In this document: piece after piece, positions 38,721 through 46,765 of the stretch
Numbering within the stretch: position 1 is the stretch's first letter
Layout: each line of letters begins with the position of its first letter
Virus record (IMG/VR): IMGVR_UViG_3300020183_006727
Reading direction: 5' to 3' (one strand)
Origin: an uncultured virus (IMG/VR IMGVR_UViG_3300020183_006727)
Taxonomy: Duplodnaviria > Heunggongvirae > Uroviricota > Caudoviricetes
DNA length: 64,000 nt
Translations under genes and position numbers: made by a program
The notes under the pieces: generated by a model
Seen by the model: the letters and a program-made list of their open reading frames with translations, nothing else
The model's database searches: none
Told to the model about the DNA's origin: nothing

Positions 38721-39782
38721 TTATCTTGATGCTTTGCAGTACACAATCACTGAATCTCCATACCCCGACCTGACCCTCTGATCGATGACCTCGATGTTCA
38801 TATTGCTGAATTTATTCTTCAGTTCGGGCACGAGCCATTCAAATCCGTGCGCAGTTTCAATGATGTAGTGACCGTCTTCATTTAGCAGGGGCATGAAATT
38901 GCATGCTGTTTTGAACTGCGATTGTGGATCGTGGTCTCCGTCATCAACAATCACATTGAACTTGCCCTTATTGATCCTAGAAACTTCAGCAACACCTTCG
39001 GCAGTGGTTGAGTCTCCAGTCAAACAGACAAGCCCAGACTCCGCAAGGGAAGACTCTGGGTAAGAGTCTAGCCCAAACACCGCCCCACCCCCAAGATAGT
39101 CCCTCCAGGTTCTCAGGCTGCCACCGAACGCAACGCCGATTTCAAGGAGAGCGCAGCCCATGCCCCGCATCGGAGAGAGAATGTCATGGTAGAATCCGGA
39201 GTATCGGTGCTTCCAAAACTTCATGTTCCAATACATGACACATAACTTTTCAAAGTCATTTTCCGCACCTCGGGATATGTAGACATCCGAGCAGGGTATC
39301 GATCTGGATCTGTTTCTGATGTCAGTGAAGAACTCATCTGCATCTGAAGACCCATCAAGCACAGCATCCGATGGGCGACGGAAAATCAGATGATCAATAC
39401 CACGGCACAAGTCTCTTTCGACAGTAATTGGAGCATCGGAAGCACTGATTAGCTTAAGCATTTCTCCACCCGAGTGGACATCCGCCATGGCCCCCTCGGG
39501 GATGATCCACACCCAATCGCCTTCTGCAAGTGTCCGTATTGCAGCCAGTGTAGAATCATTGCGATTTCTTCTGGCACTAGGGTCTATCAAAACCTTAACA
39601 TCCATTGGCACATCGCGAGCCTGATGAACCACCTTGCTGGCTCTTTCCTCGCTGTGCGTCACGAATGTCCAGTCTGTTTCAAAGCATTTCCTTACGGTGC
39701 TGTCCGCGATATGGTTGCAAGACCACTCGATCATGGGGTCGTTGGCAAGGACTCCTGTTGTAAGCAGATGCAATTTATTCAT
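38721..39782 (-). CDS. Protein with C-terminal class I SAM sugar O-methyltransferase-like domain
   Basis: H.Y..FY, LLEIGVAFGGSLRTWRDY, IVDDGDH, G.YIIE. Confidence 0.75.
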   Translation of the reverse strand: MNKLHLLTTGVLANDPMIEWSCNHIADSTVRKCFETDWTFVTHSEERASKVVHQARDVPMDVKVLIDPSARRNRNDSTLAAIRTLAEGDWVWIIPEGAMADVHSGGEMLKLISASDAPITVERDLCRGIDHLIFRRPSDAVLDGSSDADEFFTDIRNRSRSIPCSDVYISRGAENDFEKLCVMYWNMKFWKHRYSGFYHDILSPMRGMGCALLEIGVAFGGSLRTWRDYLGGGAVFGLDSYPESSLAESGLVCLTGDSTTAEGVAEVSRINKGKFNVIVDDGDHDPQSQFKTACNFMPLLNEDGHYIIETAHGFEWLVPELKNKFSNMNIEVIDQRVRSGYGDSVIVYCKASR

Positions 39783-39791
39783 GGATTTTTC

Positions 39792-41447
39792 CTAGATGGA
39801 TGATATGACCCGTCTGAATTTTGAAGGAGATGGTTTTTGTTTCACGATGTCTTCCATCCTGACCACCTGTCTGTGGAAGTCTCTCATGTCCGCCGAAGGA
39901 CTGTAGGGCTTCCTCAACCCCTCTTCATATCCAGTGGTGTCTGTCATGCCTATCAGAGTATTTATCTTGTCCGTGTTGTGCTTGTCGTTGCCGTTGAAGT
40001 GGAGGATGATCGGCTTGCCTCCTGTTGGTTTTATTTTAACGCATGGTTTTCTATTTCTTAAGCCTTCCACAAAATTAACCATCGGCACATTGCAGGTCGA
40101 TACGACCATATGGCATGCATAATCAAGTTCAACTGAAGCGCCAAGCGTGGCTTGGTTGAGGAACATGCGGTGCCAGGTGGCCTGATCTGTCCTCCACGAC
40201 TCCATGAGCTCCTTCTGTCTAGAATACATGTCCTGCATGATCTTCATGTGCCTGATGAAGTCAACCCTCCTGCCCATGCAGACACCAGCACAGAGATATT
40301 TGTAGTCAATGCCACTGAAGTTGTATGGTGAAGCCCTGAACTTATATGAGAATTCAGGTTCTGGCCAGCAGTTCCCCTCCGCTGACACAAGGATTTCTTT
40401 CCCACATGCCTTTGCATACTTGACCGCAAGGTAGGGATCCTGCGCACAATAGACATCGGAGCAGTCGAGCCACATGACCCACTTGTGATCCATCTCCTCA
40501 AGTTTCGGGACGATCAGATGGTTCTTCATCTCCTGCATAGTCTTCGGGCATGGTCCGTCAACAACCACGAACTCCCTGTCGAATCGCTCAACCGATGCAC
40601 GCAGGCGTCTTGCGGCTTCAAAGCAGCGCTGAGGATCCCCATAGAATGCACCTGTGATTACAGCAAACTCACCCTTGCCAGCCTTATTCGATGCCTTACC
40701 CTTCACCTTGGTGGTCTTCTTCACTGTCGGGCTGGCTTGCGGGGATGCGACAGCAGTTTTGATCGGGTGATAAATCCCAGGATTCTTGCTGTATTCGCAC
40801 CTGTGCCACTGCACATTCTTTCCAATTGCTTGGGGAAGCGTCCCCATGCGGGAGCCAATCAGATTCGCGGTGGTGCCTATCCTCATCTCATTGTTGTAAA
40901 GTGGGTGAAGACGCGTATCATCACGAACCCTCTCGGCTATCGCAACCATGCATTCCGGCTTTACGCATATCACCGAGAACGGAACCAGACCACGCAGCTG
41001 ATTAGCGAATTCGAGATGCTTATGCTTTTCAAAGAATGTCCAGCCGTCTTGTCCAAATTTCAAAAGATTGGACCCTGATATGTCAGATTCTGCCACGGTC
41101 TTCGGCATCCACTCGGAGGACGCAATCTGCCACCATGTGTCGTATTCATTGATGCAAATGGCAGAGCTCGATAAAACCCTGTCCCTGTTGGCAAGGACAT
41201 ACTTGTATATCAATCCATCACACATCCAATAACTATCCCAGTGGGGGAAGGGCCATTTTCCATGGTCCGCCCTGAATGTGCCCTTGAGGAACGAACGACA
41301 GTCAGATATGGGCTGTACATTCTCCGAGCCCTCCACGCTGCACAGTTGTTCGAAATTGTTCCTTGTGGCGTCATCGTCCTTGTGGTATAGGAACAGATGC
41401 AAAGGCCTCCATACCGCCTTGGATTTGACTACAATATCTTGACCCAT
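39792..41447 (-). CDS. Two-domain glycosyltransferase, C-terminal PLOD-type GT domain
   Basis: DCSD, SAE.NCWP, YKYL.AG..MG, DQ, HFNG. Confidence 0.7.
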   Translation of the reverse strand: MGQDIVVKSKAVWRPLHLFLYHKDDDATRNNFEQLCSVEGSENVQPISDCRSFLKGTFRADHGKWPFPHWDSYWMCDGLIYKYVLANRDRVLSSSAICINEYDTWWQIASSEWMPKTVAESDISGSNLLKFGQDGWTFFEKHKHLEFANQLRGLVPFSVICVKPECMVAIAERVRDDTRLHPLYNNEMRIGTTANLIGSRMGTLPQAIGKNVQWHRCEYSKNPGIYHPIKTAVASPQASPTVKKTTKVKGKASNKAGKGEFAVITGAFYGDPQRCFEAARRLRASVERFDREFVVVDGPCPKTMQEMKNHLIVPKLEEMDHKWVMWLDCSDVYCAQDPYLAVKYAKACGKEILVSAEGNCWPEPEFSYKFRASPYNFSGIDYKYLCAGVCMGRRVDFIRHMKIMQDMYSRQKELMESWRTDQATWHRMFLNQATLGASVELDYACHMVVSTCNVPMVNFVEGLRNRKPCVKIKPTGGKPIILHFNGNDKHNTDKINTLIGMTDTTGYEEGLRKPYSPSADMRDFHRQVVRMEDIVKQKPSPSKFRRVISSI

Positions 41448-41983
41448 GATGTGTCCTGAAATGCCATATCAGGCTTGCCGACTATTTCTACAACCGCCCT
41501 CTCGACGCCTTTCAGCCTTTCGAGACCAGAGCCGAAATCGTGCCCGCCGATGGCGAGACGCGCACGGGGTAACCAGGTGAGCAGGTCTTGCTTGACGGCC
41601 TCGTATGTGTGGCATCCATCTATGTAGACCACATGGATTTTCTTAAACTCAGGATAGTCAATGAAGTCCTCTGAAACCCCTTTGTATTTTACTATGTGGG
41701 AGAATGGTGCCACGGCGCTGTCGAAAGACTCCTCAACCTTGGACATGTCTGAGAAACTAGTCGGATCGGTGGAGTCAAAGCCGGTCTTCCATGGGTCTAT
41801 GCACCGAATCACCGCCCTGGGAAAACACTCGCGAAGTATTCTGGTTCCCTCCCCCATGTAGCATCCGATCTCAACCACAGACTTCACATCGTGCGAAACT
41901 TTTTTGTTGACATATCTACAGAAGTCCCTCAGTCCATCCGAGTATGACTTCCACTCCCTCATCTTGAACGTTCCGTCCGACAT
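41429..41983 (-). CDS. Class I SAM-dependent methyltransferase (Methyltransf_24-like)
   Basis: VEIGCYMG, CIDPW, YIDGCHTYEAVKQD, GHDF. Confidence 0.85.
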   Translation of the reverse strand: MSDGTFKMREWKSYSDGLRDFCRYVNKKVSHDVKSVVEIGCYMGEGTRILRECFPRAVIRCIDPWKTGFDSTDPTSFSDMSKVEESFDSAVAPFSHIVKYKGVSEDFIDYPEFKKIHVVYIDGCHTYEAVKQDLLTWLPRARLAIGGHDFGSGLERLKGVERAVVEIVGKPDMAFQDTSWVKIL

Positions 41984-41997
41984 GCTTTTTTATCGTC

Positions 41998-42034
41998 TAT
42001 AAAAGAAAGCGGGGGCGTCTTGCGACGCCCCCGC
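41998..42034 (-). terminator. Intrinsic terminator
   Basis: GCGGGGGCGTC-GCAA-GACGCCCCCGC followed by TTTCTTTT on the minus strand. Confidence 0.8.
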
Positions 42035-42059
42035 AGGATCGTTTCATAAGAAACAATTG

Positions 42060-42212
42060 TCAGCCAGTAACATTTTTGATGGCGGCCAAAATGACCTTAA
42101 CACCTTCCAGCGTGAAGGGCAGGACGGCGAGACCGAAGAACCAGTGAACGGGGTTCTTCCAGCAGAAGCCACCCATTGGGCACTTGACGGGGCATGAGTT
42201 CTTGTTGTCCAT
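42060..42212 (-). CDS. 50-aa Cys-rich membrane peptide (not in the ORF track)
   Basis: MDNKNSCPVKCPMGGFCWKNPVHWFFGLAVLPFTLEGVKVILAAIKNVTG; lies between the beta-barrel gene and its terminator. Confidence 0.7.
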   Translation of the reverse strand: MDNKNSCPVKCPMGGFCWKNPVHWFFGLAVLPFTLEGVKVILAAIKNVTG

Positions 42213-42241
42213 TTTCTTTTCTCTCTTTCTTGAAGATTTTT

Positions 42242-43003
42242 TTAGAACTTGACATTCAAACCAAACCTGACCACGAGGTCAAGATCGTTGGCACTACTCT
42301 CCTCGAATGGAATGTCACACGCGAAGTCAAAAGAAGCGTTGTTGCACATGTCCCATTTTAGGCCCGGCCCGATTGTGTTCAGACTAGAGCCGCTGTCTAG
42401 GTACCAGAAGTTGTAGTTGGCGGCCACGCTGAGATCCTTGATGATCTCATAGTTGAGCGAGGCATCGACATCCAGCACATTATAGGTGATAAATCCACCA
42501 AAGATGGGTAGGTAGTCTCCATTTGTATTCCACTCCCAACTTGCGCCAGTGGAGTAGGTCAGCTTCTCAATCGGCGTCTTGCCACCAATGCCCGCATTGA
42601 GGACGGGGTTGACGCCACTGCCACCGAAGCCTGCAGAGGATGTAGGGAGCATCAGGTTCAGCCCGAGATCGACGGAGTCAATAAAAGACACAGGAGACGT
42701 CAGCAACTCATACTGCGCCCCCAAGGTGAGCATCCCTGCGCCAGTACTTCCATCTGTGTACACTGGCAGGATCAGGTGGAGGTCAAGCTTGTCGCTAAAA
42801 TTATAGTCAACCCTCTGCAGGAACTGGGTGACATTGCCCGTGTTCAGGTTGTAGAAATTGATATTTTCGCTGAAGCCGAAATTGCTAAGTGAGAGGGCAT
42901 CCACCCCACCTCCTGTCTGGACTGGTGCCTGGGGCTGCTGGGCACCAAAAACAACCGAAGTTGCTGTCAATACCGTTACCAAACTAAAAATACACTTCTT
43001 CAT
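42242..43003 (-). CDS. Outer-membrane beta-barrel protein
   Basis: Signal peptide, alternating amphipathic strands, C-terminal FGLNVKF beta-signal, AAGGAG RBS. Confidence 0.75.
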   Translation of the reverse strand: MKKCIFSLVTVLTATSVVFGAQQPQAPVQTGGGVDALSLSNFGFSENINFYNLNTGNVTQFLQRVDYNFSDKLDLHLILPVYTDGSTGAGMLTLGAQYELLTSPVSFIDSVDLGLNLMLPTSSAGFGGSGVNPVLNAGIGGKTPIEKLTYSTGASWEWNTNGDYLPIFGGFITYNVLDVDASLNYEIIKDLSVAANYNFWYLDSGSSLNTIGPGLKWDMCNNASFDFACDIPFEESSANDLDLVVRFGLNVKF

Positions 43004-43076
43004 GCTTTCTCCTTTGTTGAGGTTTGTAACCCTATTTGTTATTCATGTGAAAAAGGGTTGGAATGAATCATTAGCA

Positions 43077-43964
43077 TTATACGCCCATAGATCCTCTGCG
43101 CACCAAACCAAGCCCCGACATCTTGACCTCCCATTCTGAAGCCTCCCGCCGATTCGAGGTCTGGATGGGCTGACCATTTTTGATGGCTTCAACCTCGAGA
43201 GCAGTCAGGTGTACTGAGTGTAAGCTGTAGTCCTCAAAAGCTTTACATGCAATTGGGAAGAATGGCTTGATCAACCCATACATGGCATCTGCGTACACCC
43301 TGATCTCCATCTGTGCATGGGGATCCATGCGGAGGTGTAAAAAATGAAAAATATTGTGAAGATCACATTTCCAATACCATTCTGTGTAGGCGTTCACGGG
43401 CAGGATGATCCTGGCGAGTTCCCTGGCCACGCCGCCATTTATTGCCTCCATGTACTTTGAATATGATTCAGATGATATGGAGTCACAGGATTCTATGAAT
43501 GATTCAACTGCCTCAGGAGGAAGACTGTCCCCCCTGCCCTGCTTGTTGGTGGCACTCTGCTGCTTTACCGCGTCGCCACCTGGAGTGTAAAACTGGTCAG
43601 GAACCACCGAGTAGCGTGCTGAGTACTCGTTCACGTTCGCGGTACGGTGGCGGATCCACTGGCGGGCCACAAAGATCGGCATCCTGATGTGAAACTTGAC
43701 CTCGCAGAATTCAAACGGGGTGGTGTGCCTGTGCCGCATCAGGTAGCGGATCAGCCCCTCATCCTCGTTTATTTTCTTGGTGCCGTGCCCGTAGCTGGTT
43801 CTTGCAGCTTGGGCTATGGCGTAATCTGCAGTCTTTCCTTCAGGAACCAGCCTTGGCATCAGGTCAACGAGCGCCACAAAACCATGGTCAAAAATCTGTT
43901 CCTCGATTCTTGATCTGCCGCCCATGATGTCAACAAGTTTTTCATCTTCATGCGTGTGCATCAC
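43077..43964 (-). CDS. thyX: FAD-dependent thymidylate synthase
   Basis: AAR.SY, H.TPFE, RQWIRHR...NEYSARY, RELAR..LP, HAQ.EIR. Confidence 0.97.
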   Translation of the reverse strand: MMHTHEDEKLVDIMGGRSRIEEQIFDHGFVALVDLMPRLVPEGKTADYAIAQAARTSYGHGTKKINEDEGLIRYLMRHRHTTPFEFCEVKFHIRMPIFVARQWIRHRTANVNEYSARYSVVPDQFYTPGGDAVKQQSATNKQGRGDSLPPEAVESFIESCDSISSESYSKYMEAINGGVARELARIILPVNAYTEWYWKCDLHNIFHFLHLRMDPHAQMEIRVYADAMYGLIKPFFPIACKAFEDYSLHSVHLTALEVEAIKNGQPIQTSNRREASEWEVKMSGLGLVRRGSMGV

Positions 43965-43979
43965 AAGGCAATCTTACGC

Positions 43980-44516
43980 TCAGCCCTCGAGCCCATCTTC
44001 CATCAACTTCCTCATGTGCATGGCATTCATGTAGGCATCCTCAACGGCAGAATGTGGAAGATTGCCGCGCTCGTCAGAAAGCCGATTGGACAGAGACCTC
44101 CTGAAGCCCTTGTGCAGGTCATGAAGGTTTCTTGGGGAATGTCCAAAAGGATTTTGACCCACATATTTGTGAAAATAAAAGTCAACAAAAGACCAGTCGA
44201 ATCCGTTGTCGCTGACAAAAATGGGCGAGCTGTCATGGGAGTTTTCAGATATCCACCTGTTGAAGGACTCCATGGCGGATTTGGGATCTTCAAACCCCAT
44301 GGTCTGTTCCCTCGTGAAACCTGAAATGGCAAGTGAGCGCGGGTTGAAGGTGTCTTTATCTGGGCGTATTTTGACAGAAAATCTCTTGGACGGATCGTCT
44401 ACGGCAACGCAACCCAATTCAATCATCGATCCAACAGCTGGAGATGGACCGTCAGCCTCAATGTCAACTGAAAAATATTTGACAGGTCTTGAATAATTTG
44501 CCCTTATGTGGAGCAT
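43980..44516 (-). CDS. DEDDh 3'-5' exonuclease
   Basis: SVDIEADGP, FDWSF, NPFG, H.A..DA. Confidence 0.85.
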   Translation of the reverse strand: MLHIRANYSRPVKYFSVDIEADGPSPAVGSMIELGCVAVDDPSKRFSVKIRPDKDTFNPRSLAISGFTREQTMGFEDPKSAMESFNRWISENSHDSSPIFVSDNGFDWSFVDFYFHKYVGQNPFGHSPRNLHDLHKGFRRSLSNRLSDERGNLPHSAVEDAYMNAMHMRKLMEDGLEG

Positions 44517-44569
44517 ATCATGAATTTCACGGGGCAGGGAATAGATCCTCTTGGCGGAAATAACACATT

Positions 44570-46690
44570 GTGATAAAAATACGCAGTCAAAATATTATGA
44601 TGCAGAAAGAAGCTTTTGCGGCGCTTTGGCCACTCGTCAGGGCTTCCCTTCCATATCTTGCCAGGGGGGCAACTGAATTGACAAAAGCGTATGTCGTTGA
44701 AAAAATGATACGATTCATGACAAATTTGGTGAAGAAGAAGGGTGCAGATATGGTTGCTAAAGCCATGCTGCGATCCACCAGTAATGGCAAAGATGCCTCT
44801 AAATTGCTCAGCGCATATGTGTCTGGCGGTGGTAAGACAACACCAGAAATAAAGCGACTCATGTCGGCATTTAATAATTTAGGAGGTGTGCCTGAGACAC
44901 CCAAGAAATCTTTGTGGTCTTTGACGGGCGGATCTGCAGGAAGTGGCTCGGGAGGAGGATCTTCGGGGTCTAACGCGCGTTGGAACCCTTCGCCTGAACT
45001 CAGGCTTGCTTCCGCCGCATCGACAAGCAGCGCATCCTGGATTCAGGCAGCAAAAGCCGAGGGCATACCTGATGATGTTATCACAAAAATTGAATCTCTT
45101 CCCCTCAAGAACAAATTGTTCTTTTCTAGGGTGATGAAAAATGAGGAGATACCCCTAGACCATTTTGATGCACAAGCGGCTGCTGTAGAGGAAAGAATAG
45201 AACAACTGAAGGTGGGCCTTGTACCCAAGAAGGTTGATGATTACAAGAGCCTTGAGGAAATCTCTGCCGACATGGACGGGGTGGAAGAAAAATACAAAAA
45301 GAGAATGGGGGGACTAGAACACAAGGTTTTTGACCCCGGAGATCAGATGGAAGTTGTTCGTAGGTTTGCCCTGCCTGGATTCCCGGCAATGACTGTTTAT
45401 AGATATAACAATTGGGAAAAACAGCATCATCTCATAGAAAATTCTGATAGATTTTGCATAGGCACCATGAAAAATTTCGATTGTGCCCATATGCTGCATT
45501 CTAGGTATGGCGGAGAAGTGTTCATGTTTGTTCGGGATGGAAAACAGTGGGCACTCATGGCTCCACACAGTACAGATGCTGGCTCCTTCACCAACATGTC
45601 AAACGTCCCTTTGACGCCATGCGAAAGGGCGATATGCATAATTGCCGTCTATGATCTGGCTGACAAATGGAAAGGAACATTGGCAAAGTCGATGTCTGAA
45701 TGCTCATCAGAAGGCTTTTCGGAAGCCTATAGCTATCTGTCTGCATTGCCGAAAGATCAGGAAAAAGAAATAAAGAAAGATCTCATGTCGAGGGGCATGT
45801 TCTCTCTGCACCTGACGCTGCTGCTTGAAACCCAATCTGGTAGAATACAGGCGACAGAAAGCAACAAAGAGATAATAGAAGAGGCAAAACAACTTATATC
45901 AGAAGGCAAGTTTCAGTGGGCTGTAGCCCTGAAACCTGTGGTGTACGAAGTGGCGTCTGAAAATGGGGCAAGTGTGGCCATAGATGCTCTCAAGCTTGCA
46001 ATTAATTCTGTCCGTCAAGCGGCAGTGCAAAATTTCAAACGAGCCTTGTTCCAGGGAATTAACATCCCAAAACACACAGAACCTCAAACCCAGCAGCAGA
46101 AGCAGTTTCTGGTAGATACATTTGCTCCGTGGGAGGACCTCAAGCGGACGCTCGAATCTCCTGAGTGGAGGCCGCAGATAATTATGGCTGCATCAAAGGC
46201 TCCGTATGCTAAATTCATTTCTTTTTTAACAGCCGTCGCATCATATGACAAGACAATGCTTCAGGATTACAACATAGATACAGCTCTTGAAAAGCTGTCG
46301 AATGATTTGAAGGAATTGATGCCATATGTCATCGCGCACGAAAAAAACCAACAGGGCAAAAATGCTCTGGATTATGTCTTTGGCACAGGTAATCCACATG
46401 CAATACAGACTGTATACGAAAGACAGTTCAGGGGAGGAAATCTGCACAGGCAGACACAGGGTCAGGGTCTCCGTTGGGCACAGATGGAGGCACACATAGT
46501 GGATATGGTGCTGTCTGGATCAGACCTGAGTGGGATACGAAAGATGCTCGTACCATATCTCCACGCAGTGGAGAAACCCGAAGATCGCCTCGCCCTGATG
46601 GCTCAGGTAATTAAGGATTCTGCTCCTGAAAAGGCTGAAGACATGATACAGAGACTCGAACGTGCCGCCGGTAAGAAGGTCAGGTCGTAA
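44570..46690 (+). CDS. Large hypothetical protein (leader ending KEA)
   Basis: 706-aa ORF; GTG 8 nt after the AGG-N18-GAAAT motif. Confidence 0.8.
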   Translation: MIKIRSQNIMMQKEAFAALWPLVRASLPYLARGATELTKAYVVEKMIRFMTNLVKKKGADMVAKAMLRSTSNGKDASKLLSAYVSGGGKTTPEIKRLMSAFNNLGGVPETPKKSLWSLTGGSAGSGSGGGSSGSNARWNPSPELRLASAASTSSASWIQAAKAEGIPDDVITKIESLPLKNKLFFSRVMKNEEIPLDHFDAQAAAVEERIEQLKVGLVPKKVDDYKSLEEISADMDGVEEKYKKRMGGLEHKVFDPGDQMEVVRRFALPGFPAMTVYRYNNWEKQHHLIENSDRFCIGTMKNFDCAHMLHSRYGGEVFMFVRDGKQWALMAPHSTDAGSFTNMSNVPLTPCERAICIIAVYDLADKWKGTLAKSMSECSSEGFSEAYSYLSALPKDQEKEIKKDLMSRGMFSLHLTLLLETQSGRIQATESNKEIIEEAKQLISEGKFQWAVALKPVVYEVASENGASVAIDALKLAINSVRQAAVQNFKRALFQGINIPKHTEPQTQQQKQFLVDTFAPWEDLKRTLESPEWRPQIIMAASKAPYAKFISFLTAVASYDKTMLQDYNIDTALEKLSNDLKELMPYVIAHEKNQQGKNALDYVFGTGNPHAIQTVYERQFRGGNLHRQTQGQGLRWAQMEAHIVDMVLSGSDLSGIRKMLVPYLHAVEKPEDRLALMAQVIKDSAPEKAEDMIQRLERAAGKKVRS

Positions 46691-46765
46691 GATTGATCTT
46701 GTGGCAACTTTTTTAGGGAGGACCTGTTTAGGTACTCCGAAAAGTTTATGCTGGAGGATCGTCTC

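Noticed and set aside
30365..41983. Host O-antigen locus (cellular origin of the window)
   Set aside because: No wzx/wzy/wzm transport genes, and it is flanked by phage-type genes and the phage-type promoter motif
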